A DNA stretch of 64,000 nucleotides from Octopus vulgaris (lineage: Eukaryota). A model generated the notes under the pieces. The model was not told the origin of the DNA and did not search any database. It saw only the letters and a program-made list of their open reading frames with translations. The DNA lies in the NCBI GenBank assembly GCA_951406725.2, contig OX597840.1:14384001-14448000 (forward strand), read 5' to 3'. Position 1 is the first letter of the stretch; each line of letters begins with the position of its first letter. Below, one piece after another: positions 1-13,559 of the stretch. The translations under genes were made by a program, and so were the position numbers.

Positions 1-875
1 TTTTTACTGAGAGATAGAAGAGGGGGTGAAGATTCCATTTAAGGGGAGAGAAACACTTAAGGGTTTATAAAATATTTTGTTTTTTAATTATTATGAGAGG
101 CTTTTTTTATTCTTTTGAGTGAGAGAGCATATTAAATAATATTTCCATATAATCTAATTTATTTATATTTTTTAGTTGTCCTAGCAGTTGTTGATAGCAC
201 CATTTCACCCTTATGAGCTCCTTGGTACACCATAACTTGAGGCCATTAAATTTGTTAGTCTATATTAATTTTAAACCTTTAGGAATTGTATATGATCGAT
301 TTTCTTCTCTTTAAATCCATTTTATTATCAATAGTGTATAACTTTTAGGCATAATGAACCTTTCGGTTAAAATTGATAAAATATTTATGAGTTGAAGTTT
401 TAAAACTCCTGTATCTTATCTCAGATTTTAATTGATAATAAATCATCGGTAACGATCAAACAGTATTCAGTTGAAGAGACATACCAAAATGTACAAGAAT
501 AATATCAGCATGTCTATAGTCTATACAGAAATGTAATGATTTATCTCTAAATTGGCTTTATTACCATAATATATAGAATTGGTCAGAGTTTCCTGAGGTC
601 AGAACATTGATTCAGCAGCCACATACAAAGCATGCAAATGTTGGCCATTAACTGAATGGTGTGCTGAATGTTTGTATTATTATTATTCTTATCTGTGGCA
701 TACTTAAGCCATAAATATTTATATTGCCATGATTTTCATGTTGTGCTATCATGAAATTGTGCAGAAGACACGCAAACTGTAATTGTCTGATTGGTCACAG
801 TGGTTCTGGTCAGTAGCATTCCGGTCACTGTTTACAGTTGGTGTGTCAGCTGGCTGAAACTGATCGTGGTTTTAT

Positions 876-880
<5 letters not shown>
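1..880. mobile_element. Probable degenerate Penelope-like element remnant ending at a (TA)n tract
   Basis: Imperfect stem gacacgcaaactgtaa (767-782)/ttacagttggtgtgtc (832-847) lies between 'cagaaga' and 'gaaac', like a decayed HHR. A frameshifted RY-DDLLSI-like string is on the minus strand near 430-455. No intact ORF. Confidence 0.3.
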
Positions 881-915
<35 letters not shown>

Positions 916-1460
916 AATCCCAAAAAGAACAAACACAAAAAACACAACTTAAGGATGTGGTACATGTAATGTATTAGCAGACACTCAGAGAATGAAAGAA
1001 AGATGGTTTTATATATATATATATATATATATCTGTGTACATGCACACACACACACACACACACATGCATACACAATAGGCCAAATGTCACATGCCAAAG
1101 CATTTGACATTTCTATATATATAAAACTGAGAATCTGTGTGTGTCTGTGTGCATGTGTGTGTCTGTGTGTGTGCATCACTAAAACTCGAGAACTACTCAA
1201 TCGATTTCATTCAAATTTTACACCTACACTACTTATGGTCCATGGAGTTTCATGGGCCAAAAAAAGCTTTCAATTTCTTGCCTAATACGAGCCCAGAGCA
1301 ATCTCTTAGATTGTTTCAGTTTTATGTGACAAGAGTAATGCAAGATAATAGTTTCACTGTTAGTAGTTTCACTATGCATATAACTTATACATAGCAAAAC
1401 TATTATCTCACATTACATGTCTACATACATATATATATATATATATATAGACATATATAT

Positions 1461-1830
1461 CATCATCATCATCATTTAGCGTCCGCTTTCCATGCTAGCA
1501 TGGGTTGGACAGTTCAACTGGGGTCTGGAAAGCCAGAAGGCTGCACCAGGCCCAGTCTGATCTGGCAATGTTTCTATGGCTGGATGCCCTTCCTAACGCC
1601 AACCACTCCGTGAGTGTAGTGGGTGCTTTTTACGTGCCAGACGGGGCTGGCAAACGGCCACGGTCGGATGGTGCTCTTTATGTGCCACTGGTACGGGGGC
1701 GAGGCGAGGCTGGCAACGGCCACAATTGGATGGTGGTTTTTACCTGCCACCTGCACAGAGGCCAGTCGGGGTGGCGCTGGCAACGGCCACAGTCGGATGG
1801 TGCTTTTTATGTGCCAGGCGAGGCTGGCAA
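1461..1830 (-). mobile_element. RTE LINE 3' end (family B) with reiterated ~60-bp units
   Basis: (CAT)n tail, 'gtccgctttccatgctagcatgggttggac', 'ggatgcccttcctaacgccaaccactcc', then several 'tttttaygtgcca...' units. Same family as the RTE ORF-linked copies at 6070-6520 and 10997-11360. Confidence 0.8.
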
Positions 1831-1919
1831 TATATATATATATATATATATATATTTACATACTTACTTATATATATATAAATATATACTTATATATGTA
1901 TGCATGTGTAAAAAGATTC

Positions 1920-2012
1920 GAGCGAGGTCATTGCCAGTTCTGCCTGACTGGCCCCCATGCCGGTGGCATGTAAAACGTACCCACTACACTCTTGGAGTGG
2001 TTGGCGTTAGGG
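1920..2012 (+). mobile_element. RTE family B fragment, opposite orientation
   Basis: 'catgccggtggcatgtaaaacgtacccactacactcttggagtggttggcgttagg'. Confidence 0.7.
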
Positions 2013-2235
2013 ACAAAAGGGCCTCTGGCCATTGCAAATCAGCCTCAACAATTTCCATCTGACCCTTGTAAGTAGAGAAGGGTTTATACCTATATAGGTG
2101 TGATCTACCTGTCTCTCTACCTCTTAATCTCTCTACCTGTGTCTCTCTCTCTCTCTTTAGATATAATGCAGATATTAATCAACTTAGTGTCTTTGCCATC
2201 CCCTCCAAGCCACTGTATACAGACAAATCTGTTCT

Positions 2236-3173
<938 letters not shown>

Positions 3174-3777
3174 TGGCAACATTCAAATGTTACATTAATA
3201 GACAACAACACAACTAAGAACATCCGGTCGGCTGGCCAGTCTGTCAGTTGGTCGGTATTCTCACTTGTTTTAGTAAGACTTGATTCCACCTTCTAATGAA
3301 GATCGATGAGATAAAAAAATATAGTAAAAAACAAGGAAAAACTATATAGACATTCATGTGGCACCACCAACTAACTATAGCACCACCACCACCACCACCA
3401 CCCTTCTGTAGACATAGAGTGTGTGTATATATATATATTATATATATATTCTTCTTTAGAGGAAGATAGAGTTGGGAAGAGTGAATTGGGTGATATGTTC
3501 AGACCTCAAAGTAAACTAGAATCGTCATGTGTTTTGTCATCATTATCATCATTGTCGTCATCGTCGTTGCCAGCACTGTCATCATAGCTACCACCATCGC
3601 CAATACCACTGCCACCACCATTATTACTGTAGCCATCATCATCATTGCCATCATCTTCGTATTTGTAAGTGTAGACCTATAAACACAGAAAAATGTCACT
3701 CTGTGGAAGAGATCAAATAATTGATAGGATATTTTAGCAGAACAAATATCACTTTTTCTCAAAATATAAATAGACCT

Positions 3778-4420
3778 GTATGTGTGTGTGTGTGTGTGAG
3801 TGTGTGTAAATATGTATGTACCTGTGTCTGAGTATTTATCACTCACACATGTATACATATTTGTTTGTGTGAGAGTATTTATATCTTTGCAGGTATTGTG
3901 TAAGGTGTGTGTACACACACATACACATATAGAAATATGTATATATCTATATATTTGTAGGTATGTATATATAAATATATTTATATGCATACATATATGT
4001 ATATGTAAGTATCTATATGTATATAAAGTATATATATATATATATATATATCTATACATGTATGTGTGTTTATATATATACATGTATATATATAAATATA
4101 CACTATATGTATATAGTGTATGTATATGTGTGTGTATATGTGTGTATACATATATATATATATATATGTGTGTGTATGTGTGTGCAGGCACACATAATTA
4201 AATGTTGTAAATGTATGCCTGTATAACTCGACATCTCACATATAAGTAAATATATGTAAATGTGTGTGAATATATTTATAAATTATACATATATACATGC
4301 ACATATAAATGCACAGAAATGTAAATATTTGTGGATGTGTGTGCATTATATGCATGTATGTGTTTGTGTGTATGGGTGTGCATGCATGTGTGTATTTTTG
4401 TGTGTGTATGTGTATGCATG
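3778..4420. repeat. Compound (TG)/(TA) low-complexity tract
   Basis: Directly visible. Confidence 0.9.
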
Positions 4421-5712
4421 TCAAGTGTAGCTGCAATAGTTAATGTAGTGAGCTGCAAATAATTTTTTTCATCAGAAGAAAAATGAATCACTGATGAGGC
4501 AATTTAAAATAATGACATTGGTAAATATATCAAGGGTGTATTTTGCATGGAGACTGGTTATAGCTTCTCTTGATTAAAAATTATCTATTCCATTTACCAT
4601 ATTATGCTAACTTGCTCTTAACTATAAATTCTTCATGCAGATAGCACCCTCGAGAAAGTTTGCAGTGTTGTTATTTTAATTTGTTGAATCAATTAATTAG
4701 TTTTGTACCAAAGCTATATAATTTTTCAGTGGGGAAGGCCATTTCTCAGTTCTGCTTTTCTTACGAAAAATATTTAATTTCAATAATTTTCATTGGATTA
4801 TTGTTTTTCTGTGTGTTCCTTCTCCGTTTAAGACTTGGCATCAACAGATTACCCAACCCACATCTGCTGTGCAGTCGTTGAGGGAAGGTCACAATTCTGT
4901 GGTTAGAATTTGAGTTGCGTATAACATGGTTATACATTCATTGTTTCTTTTTGTTTGTAAGGGAAAGAAATAGCTCATTGGCAATCTATTTCTTTCATTA
5001 GAAAAATAAATGAAGTCCACCAAGTAATTATTATTTATTTATTTAATTCAGTTGTTTTTCCTCATTTCAAATCCGAAGTCTGTAAATACTGAGACAGAAG
5101 ATGCTATTTCAGTTGTCATTAAATCTCTTCAGCACCAAGTAATTAAGGGTTTATTAATTATATTATATGCATTTAAAGTAAAAACATTTCAGAAGTGGGG
5201 GAGAGAGAGAGAGACTTACACGTTGATAGTAGTCTACAGAGAATATTTTGTGTAAGTCTTTAACCACGAGAAGGTCATTTTAGTTCCTAATTCTTTTGTT
5301 GTGGAGAAATATAGGTAAATTTAAATCAATTTACTGATACAAAGTTTTGTTGAAACATTTCCAATTTATTTTCTCTGCTAGAGTAATCATATTTATTTTG
5401 CAGGCTCTCTCAATTACCAAGTTATAGAATGAACATATGTAATTCTCGCGACTTAACATGGTGCCAGTGAGACCAAAACATACCTATAGTTGCCACATGT
5501 GTTACCAAATCTGATATTCACAACATATGTTCCTTCAATATCTCCATTTCATCTTTGGTCAGAGTTCTCTCCAACGCATCTCCAATGCTTAAATGATCTC
5601 TCCTCATTCCAATTATAATTTAAATTTATTTAACAATTACTGTCTCTTCACCATGTTAAGTCAAATAGCCTTCACTTAGTTGTAAGCTGTTCATGCAGAG
5701 GATAAAGGGTAA

Positions 5713-5925
5713 CGACCCTTCTTTTGTCATGAATGACGATGGGATTGCACCTAGAAAGTTCCCCTCTGAGGCACAAATTCAGACAACATTGTTTATGGAA
5801 AATCAACCATTGCCCATACATACCAGCCTCCACTCTCCACACCATTGATGTTAGCCTAGGGAAAAGGCAAAGGCCAGGACAGCTTGGCACCAGTGAAGTT
5901 GCAACTAAATTTCCACAGCTGATTG
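5713..5925 (-). mobile_element. SINE family C, 3' part
   Basis: Reverse-complement similarity to 26679-27017 ('atgggattgcacctagaaagtt', 'cagcttggcacc'). Confidence 0.7.
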
Positions 5926-6069
5926 ATACTCTCCAGCTGTTGAAAATCCACTTCAACAAATTCTGTTCAACCCATACCAGCACGGAAAAGCAGACACCAA
6001 AACAATGACAGGGATGATATGTTTGATAAGATGTTGCCTTATGTATAAAAACAAGGAATAGTAGAGCAG

Positions 6070-6520
6070 CTCAATGCCCTTTCTAAAGCCAACCACTCTA
6101 CAGAATGAATTGAGCGCTTTTACACAGCCCCGGCATGGGTGCTTTTTACGTGCCGCCAGCACCTGTGAGCCTACAAAATTAGGGATGCTCATCTGGAGAG
6201 GGTTGCAGGGGTTGAGCCTGTATGCAAGGGCAACCACGCCTTTAATTAGCTTGACTTGTCTTTTCAAGCACACCAAACTGTCAGGAGCCTCAGACCCCCA
6301 TCATCCCCTCTGTGAGTCCCAACATCTGTAGATCCTTTCTCTCCACTTCATCCCACATGCTTCCTCTACAATTAGAGATCGGCACCTTTTGATGCAATGG
6401 TTTTCATTCATACACGTAACCATACTAGCAGTGTCTTCTCTCTTGCACACTACACCCGATGCCCTGTTTTTCTCTCAAATCACTTACACTCTGTCGTGTA
6501 TGCACACTGACATTACCCAT
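6070..6520 (-). mobile_element. RTE-clade LINE, degenerate ORF C-terminus plus 3' UTR
   Basis: Minus-strand translation across frameshifts gives MGNVSVHTRQSVSDLREK...VQERR...WDEVERKDLQMLGLTE, followed directly by the family-B 3' UTR motifs. Confidence 0.75.
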
Positions 6521-6522
6521 AA

Positions 6523-6920
6523 TGCACAGGAGTAGCTGTGTGGTAAGTAGCTTGCTTACCAACCACATGGTTCCATGTTAAATCCCACTGCATGACATCT
6601 TGGGCAAGTGTCTTCTATAGCTTTGGGCCAACCAAAGCCTTGTGAGTGGATTTAGTTGACGGAAACTGGAAGAAACCCGTTGTATATATATATATATGTG
6701 TATGTGTGTGTTTGTCCCCCCCCCCCCCCAACATCACTTGACAACCGATGCTGGTGTGTTTATGTCCCTGTCACTTAGCGGTTTGGCAAAAGAGACCGAA
6801 AGAATAAGTAGTAGGCTTACAAAGAATAAGTCCTTGAGTCGATTTGCTTGATCGACTAAAGGCGGTGCTCCAGCATGGCCACAGTCAAATGACTGAAACA
6901 AGTAAAAGAGTAAAAGAGAG
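6523..6920 (+). mobile_element. tRNA-derived SINE family A inserted into the RTE remnant
   Basis: Head 'gagtagctgtgtggtaag', CORE-like 'cttgggcaagtgtc', internal (TA)(TG) tract, (GTAAAAGA)n tail. It splits the RTE between 6520 and 6940. Confidence 0.9.
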
Positions 6921-6939
6921 AGAGAGAGATACAACAAAG

Positions 6940-7185
6940 GATATTGGCTTCATTTCTTTCAAGCCTTTACATGTCCTGCTCAGTTACAGCCCCTGTCTCC
7001 CTGCCATGCAGCATAGCCGTTCGTACACAAGCATCGTACAACCTGCCTTGTACTGTGAGGGAGAGGCCTTTCATCACAAACATGTAGTAACTCCCTGAGC
7101 TTTGCCCAGCCTTTTCTTATTCTAGCAGCTATGCTTTTGGAATGACCACTCCCACTACTGACTTGGTCACCTAAGTAACAAAAAC
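6940..7185 (-). mobile_element. RTE-clade LINE RT C-terminal fragment
   Basis: Minus strand reads SFCYLGDQVSSGSGHSKSIAARIRKGWAKLRELL, then after a frameshift KGLSLTVQGRLYDACVRTAMLHGRETGAVTEQDM*RLERNEA. These are typical RTE FxYLG and LHGSETW-like motifs. Confidence 0.85.
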
Positions 7186-7203
7186 TGTATAATATGAATA
7201 TAT

Positions 7204-7591
7204 AGGCGCAGGAGTGGCTGTGTGGTAAGTAGCTTGCTAACCAACCACATGGTTCCGGGTTCAGTCCCACTGCGTGGCATCTTGGGCAAGTGTCTTCAAC
7301 TATAGCCTCGGGCCAACCAAAGCCTTGTGAGAGGATTTGGTAGACGGAAACTGAAAGAAGCCCGTCGTATATATATATGTATGTATATATATATGTTTGT
7401 GTGTCTGTGTTTGTCCCCCTAGCATCACTTGACAACCGATGCTGGTGTGTTTACGTCCCCGTCACTTAGCGGTTCGGCAAAAGAGACCGATCGAATAAGT
7501 CCTGGGGTCGATTTGCTCGACTAAAGGCGGTGCTCCAGCATGGCCGCAGTCAAATGACTAAAACAAGTAAAAGAGTAAAAGAGTAAGAGTA
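7204..7591 (+). mobile_element. SINE family A, near full length and CpG-rich (young)
   Basis: A-box-like 'tggctgtgtggtaag', B-box-like 'ggttcagtccc', CORE-like 'cttgggcaagtg', tail (gtaaaaga)n. Confidence 0.95.
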
Positions 7592-7947
7592 ATATATATA
7601 TAAATGTGTGTGTGTGTGTGTGTAATACATGGTGCGTAAGGCAGTTGTCTATGGCTGTCCTGTTCTCTGTTTGATTCTGTTGTTGTTCTTGTCATTATTC
7701 TGTTTTCTGTTTATTGTGGCAGACATTCCTGTGGTTGTTGTTGCTGTTGTTAGGTACATGTAGTTTCTGTTGTAACATACGACCCAATCAATTTTAATGA
7801 GCTCAAGCTTCTCTCCCTCTCTCTCTCTCACACACACGAACACATACATGTACATATATACATGGGCTTAGTTCATACATGTGTAGGTTAAACAAGTATG
7901 GATCTCTCACTCTCTCTCTTCCTCTCTCTCTTCCTCTCTCTCTTTCC

Positions 7948-7981
<34 letters not shown>

Positions 7982-8164
7982 TTCTCTAGTTTACATTATA
8001 TGCTGCATTTGGTGTCATTATTTTGCTGTTGCAACATTGTGCATCTCTGCAGGGAAAGTTACGATTTAATGAGGTACATGCCAAAAGTATGTACATGTGT
8101 GTATGTATATGGATAGTGTGTGAATGTGTATGGAGTGTGTGCGTATGGAATGTGTGTGTGTGTT

Positions 8165-8970
8165 TCTTTTATCTTTTTTACTCATTTCCGTCATTAGACT
8201 GCAGCCATGCTGGAGCTCTGCCTTGAAGGATTGTAGTTGAACAAAATCAATGCTAGGGCTTATTTGTTTTTAAGCCCAATACTCAGTCTCTTGTACCAAA
8301 CTAGTTATGGGGATGTAACCACACCAACACCCATTGTCAAACAGGGGTCGGAACAAACACAGGCACAAAGAGACATGCACACATGTCTATATATCTATAC
8401 CTACCTACCTACCTTCCTACCCACCCATCCATCCATCCACCCACCCATCCATCCATCCATCCATCCATCCATCTATCTCTCTCTCTCTATATATACACAC
8501 ACACACACACATACATACATATATATAAGTGTCCTCATATATATATATATACCTTTGAAATGCAGAGTAGATGACAACTGATGAAGGGGAATATTCCCTG
8601 TGTTGTATGTCTTGTACTCTGTTTTTTTCGTTCTTTGAAAAAAAGTTTGTTTCTTTGTTTTTTGTTTTTATGTTTTCATTCCTTATTGTGTTCAACATTT
8701 TTTTGATGTCCTGTACCCATATATGCATGTATATATACATATATAAACATTTACATATTTGTATGTATATATGCATATATTTATATATTATTATATTATT
8801 TATATATATATACGATGGGCTTCTTTCAGTCTCCATCTACGAAATCCACTCACAAGGCTTTGGTTGGCCCAAAGCTATAGTGGAAGACACTTTCCCAATG
8901 TGCCATGCAGTGGGACTGAACTTAGAACTATGTGGTTGGGAAGCAAATATTTTACCACACAGCCACCACC
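8165..8970 (-). mobile_element. SINE family A split in its internal microsatellite by a PLE-like insert (~8530-8730)
   Basis: 3' half at 8165-8370 and 5' half at 8812-8970. The intervening sequence contains CTGATGA at 8578. Confidence 0.75.
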
Positions 8971-8984
8971 TATATCATGTGTTC

Positions 8985-9150
8985 TTGTTTAACCCTAGCC
9001 CAGCCCTTTTTGAGCAGATCTGTGATAAAAGGCATTGCAGTCAGGGTCATTACATCATTTTTACCTAATTTTGGGAACTGTATTACACTGTCCTTTTCTT
9101 CTTTTAAGATAGTTGTGTGCAATTTGAAGGGGACTTTGGCTGCTATTTCT
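8985..9150. mobile_element. Interspersed repeat family F
   Basis: 'gtttaaccctagcccagccc...gatttggctgctatttct'-type motifs shared with 28488-28705 and 16350-16900. Confidence 0.55.
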
Positions 9151-9966
9151 GAATGAAATGGTAGGTTTGAACACAGAGTAGAGAGAGCTGGAACAAGCAT
9201 CACAAAGTTTGTCAATGTTGGGAAGATGAAAGTTTGATTTGCCCTTGGCAGAATTTGACCTCAGAATGTAGACATCATCAATAAACAGTGCAATGCAGTA
9301 TGTCCCCTACTGACCATACCAAATGTTCAATGTTGGAAATGTGAAGGATCTCCAGTGCGTAGATGCGGAAAGAATTCCGGAGAATGGCAAAATGGGTTCA
9401 GTATTAAATGACAGGTGTTTTTTTAGAGACATAGTAAGAGGGTTAGGGTTAGGGTTAGGGTATGGGGTAGTGGGAAAACAAGGATGAAGAAATCAGCGAG
9501 ATGCTTCAGCCTGGAAGGAGCAGATGTAGTCAGGCTGGTTCTGATATACAGAATATACCAAAGTTGATGTCATTGTATTACAAGATGTTGAGAAATAGTT
9601 TCTCAAGTAAGAGTCATATTCAAATAAAAGAATCGTAAAATGGTAAAGTTGATGATGATAATGGCAATGGCATGAGTTGTAATGTATATTGGATGCTATA
9701 GAGTAGACTCAGGGGAGACACAAGAAGAAATATTATCCATGCAAGTTCTGGCAGTCTTGGAGAATAAATCTATTGGGTTGATATTTCTTCCAATAAATTT
9801 ACTGGAATTTATCTTTCCAGTCAGATATCAATTTGTGTGGTTCTCTCGCTCTCTTTCTCTCATTTCCTCTATTCTGTATGCATCTATGTGCATGCATGCA
9901 CGTGCATGAACAAACACACACATACACATGCACACACTTATAATAAATACATATCTACATCTGTAT

Positions 9967-10000
<34 letters not shown>

Positions 10001-10237
10001 CGGACATATATATGTACACACTGACAAAGGCATACTTATGCAAGTGTATATAGGTATGTATGTGTGTGTATGTGTGTGTATCTATTTATCTATCCACACA
10101 CACACATACACAGTATACATAGACACACATTCAAACTCTTATAAATACACATATAGTTGCATTTATGTAAATGTGTATACATCTTTTGTTGTCTACATCC
10201 CTTATTATCATCACAAACTTTTTCTTTCTCTTCATTT

Positions 10238-10336
<99 letters not shown>

Positions 10337-10996
10337 CAGACAGATAGATAGGTGGATAGATAGATGGACAGATAGATAGATAGATAGACAGACAGATAGA
10401 TAGATAGTCAGATAGATACACACCTATATGTCTGTACATATATTTGGTATATTTGGTACACTTCCTATTATAATTCACATCTTGTACTATTCCTATGAAA
10501 ATACCTACATTTAATTTACATATATATACTTAGATTATCCCTTGCTTGATTTAAACTTTCCATAATCAATTTAGGTGCAACCCCTCTTCCTTCATTCCTT
10601 CTAACTCTATGATACATGTTTATAATTCAACTCCTTCATTCTATAATTAAATTACTCGTTATCTGTCTCTCTCTTTTCTATAATTATATCTTCAACGTTA
10701 ATTCCGTTCAGTTTGAGACCTTACGCATATATTTATCCTGATTCTGTTTACGGTTCATTTTCCTCTTTCAGTTTTTTAATCATTCTTCATCTCCATCTGT
10801 CTTAACTATGATTATATTTTGTATTCTCTTTACTTCTGCTCACTCATCTGTTGTGCTTAACCTATATTCCATCAGTGACTTTGAAACAAACTCTTTTCAA
10901 TTTGTTGCAAAAAATTTTATATTTCCATCTCTTACCTTAAACATTCAGATGCACTTCTTTGTAAACAGGAATTATTCCTGTATATGTGCATATTAC

Positions 10997-11360
10997 CATC
11001 ATCACCATCATTGTTTAGCATCCATTGTCCATGCTGGCATGGGTTTGACCAGGGCTGGTAAGCTGAGGGGCTGCACCAGACTCTAGCCTGATTTGGCATG
11101 GTTTCTATTGCTGAATGCCCCTTCCTAATGCCAACCACTTTGAGAGTGTAATGGGTGCTTTTAAATGCTTGTTTGCATGATACCAGTATTTGCCCGGACT
11201 AAGGTTTCACTTGGCTTGATGGATCTTTTTTCAAATACGGCATATTGCCAAACATCTTGATCATTTGTCATTGCCTCTGTGAGGCCTAGGACTTGAAAGG
11301 GGCTTTTTATGTGCCATGAGAATGTATGCTAGTTATGCAACACCGGCATCGGCCACATTA
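10997..11360 (-). mobile_element. 5'-truncated RTE LINE (ORF end plus family-B 3' UTR)
   Basis: Minus strand reads LQVLGLTEAMTNDQDVWQYAVFEK, upstream of the family-B UTR and (GAT)n tail. Confidence 0.75.
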
Positions 11361-11376
11361 TATCCATGCAAATATA

Positions 11377-11410
<34 letters not shown>

Positions 11411-11461
11411 CTGTCTAAGAGTTCATAAGTCCAGAAAAAATGCACTTGTACATCTTTCAGT

Positions 11462-11696
11462 AAAGTGGGTATATTAATCGAAGTGTACAACAATATTATA
11501 TATCCATTATGGCCTATGCTACCAATCGATTTTGCACCAGGGTTTCAACGGAATGCTAGGTAACAGTCCCTTTCAGAGGTAGCTGTTATGGAATGAAATA
11601 CAGTGACTGCAGTTACCTCATGTTCTATTAAATCCCTGGGGCAAAAGCAATTGGTAAGATCAGCCGTAATGCATATAATACTGTACACTTCAATTA

Positions 11697-11700
<4 letters not shown>
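11462..11700. mobile_element. Fold-back PLE-derived mini-element (same family as 41543-41720)
   Basis: Inverted arms of ~90 bp 'gaagtgtaca...ggtaacagtc' / 'gactgcagttacc...tgtacacttc', with decayed HHR motifs on both arms. Confidence 0.7.
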
Positions 11701-11741
<41 letters not shown>

Positions 11742-11878
11742 TGTTAAAATTTAGCAAACACCAGAACGTATGTTCTGGTGTTTGCTAAATTTTTCTTGAG
11801 CACATTTCTTAGTGGTAAGACTATAGTGGATCTACTTCTAGCATATGGGTTGTCTATATAGTGGTCATCCCTCTCATA

Positions 11879-11925
<47 letters not shown>

Positions 11926-12092
11926 ATAGATAGATAGATAGATAGATTTAGATATATACATACATACATATATATAGTGTTAAACACTTTTGTTATGCAA
12001 ATTAGGGACTGCTTCATAGGTTAACTGCTGCATTTGTTGAGTATATAAACAGTTTGGCTGCTTCTTTCTCTGGAGGCTGTCGGAATGATGGA

Positions 12093-12140
12093 GACGCCTC
12101 TGATGAGAACCCAATAAGGTTTGAAAATCAATTAAGGTTG
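12093..12140 (+). ncRNA. Minimal type-I hammerhead ribozyme motif (PLE type)
   Basis: gcct-CTGATGA(12100)-gaacc caataa ggttt-GAAA(12123)-atcaat-TA-aggt. Confidence 0.65.
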
Positions 12141-12154
12141 TTCATTGTGTTTTT

Positions 12155-12360
12155 TCAGTCTGTGTTTGTCCCCTGACCATCATTTAACACTGATGTTGGT
12201 ATGTTTACATCTCCCATGACTTAGCAGTTCGGCAAGAAAAAACAATATAATATGCACTAGGCTTACAAAAAATAAGTCCCTGGTGAGTTTGTTTAACTAA
12301 AGGTGGTGCTCCAGCAAGGCTGCAGTCAAATGACTGAAACAAGTAAAAGAATAAAAGAAA
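12155..12360 (+). mobile_element. SINE family A, 3' half
   Basis: 'ggtggtgctccagcaaggctgcagtcaaatgactgaaacaagtaaaag'. Confidence 0.85.
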
Positions 12361-13149
12361 AAAAAATATATATATATATATATCACTGTATTGACCAGGC
12401 TATCAGATGTTACCTCAGGCTGAATCCAAAGTTTGTTTGTATTTCAAGCTTTAATTAATGTTAAATAAATTACATATAGGGAGCATTTATTCATAAACAT
12501 CTATCCCATCATATTCTATTGCTTGTTGCCATCATTGTGCCAGAAGCCCAACTCCATGCTTATACCATTTGGCTAACTTAGAAGCAAAAAACTCCCTTTA
12601 CCCATTTTAAGCCTCATCCATATTGTTAAACTTTTGTCTGGACTGGAAATGAGCAATAGTTCCCAAAACACACACACATAGTGTGGTCCCTCAGTTAGCG
12701 CTTTAAATACACACATTCCTAAAGCATGAAACAGCACTATTTGGAGTTATTACAACAGCAGAAATAGAGATATGTGTTTGCTAGTTTATTGTTATTGACA
12801 GAAACACAACTGATCTTGGTAGACGTAGCCAAATGGCTAAGAAAACCAGGTTCTCGTTGCCCTATCCCACAGTAATTAATAAGTTCAGGTAATCCTACAT
12901 ATTAGGTGAGATCATCTAAAAATTATCTTAGATAATAAGAAACCTCACATGTTACACATCGTGATCTAAAATTTTGATAAAATTAGAAAACGAGTTTAAA
13001 TTAAGATGTAGTGTTATTATAAAATAATGAAATATGTTTAATTAATCAGCTTTAATCATCAGTACACGGGTTTACTCATAATTAATTCAGTTGGAAAGCA
13101 TTACTGAGAAACTAGACTGGAGAAGCTACTTCTTTGTCATGGTGGTCAT

Positions 13150-13450
13150 GGTGGGACAGGGGGGGTGTCCAGGCTATGATTCTTTCTTGTCTCACTTTGG
13201 TTGATTTTTCAAAGAATTCATCTAATGTCATCTGAATATTCTTGAGGTTCCTCTGACCAAATGGTTAATGGTGGCGGAGGTATTTCTCTTTATCCTCTGG
13301 CTTGCACATCAGCCAAGGTTCTTTACGAAAATCTGGTCCAGGATTTCTGTCATCTTGGTGAAGGTGTTACTGAGGAAGCCAATAGCAAGATTTCATTCTG
13401 ATGTTACTCACTCTCGATTCTTTATTATTTGCAATGGGCTGTCTTCATTA
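13150..13450 (-). mobile_element. Degenerate pogo/Tigger-like transposase C-terminus
   Basis: Minus strand reads DDRNPGPDFRK...*PFGQRNLKNIQMTLDEFFEK. The QxxLxxFF PIP-box-like ending is typical of pogo/Tigger transposases. In-frame stops present. Confidence 0.4.
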
Positions 13451-13559
13451 ACAGAAATATATTTGCACCCTCATAATTGCATATATATGCATGCACACAT
13501 ATGAAGAGAGAGAGAGAGATACAGAGATACATAATATTTGTGTTGTACAGGTAAGAAGT

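Noticed and set aside
195-206. miR-29-like string tagcaccattt
   Set aside because: Only an 11-nt match, with no precursor hairpin.
7204-7275. SINE heads as functional tRNA genes
   Set aside because: A/B-box-like motifs are present, but there is no complete cloverleaf and they continue into SINE bodies.
8552-8621. Active type-II hammerhead (GAAA...GTA...CTGATGA)
   Set aside because: Stem I cannot form in the type-II register, and the type-I register lacks GAAA. Kept only as a decayed motif.
9439-9470. (TTAGGG)3-4 as a telomere or fusion scar (also cctaaccctaaccc near 16308)
   Set aside because: Too short and embedded in an interspersed-repeat-like block. Most likely part of a TE or chance.
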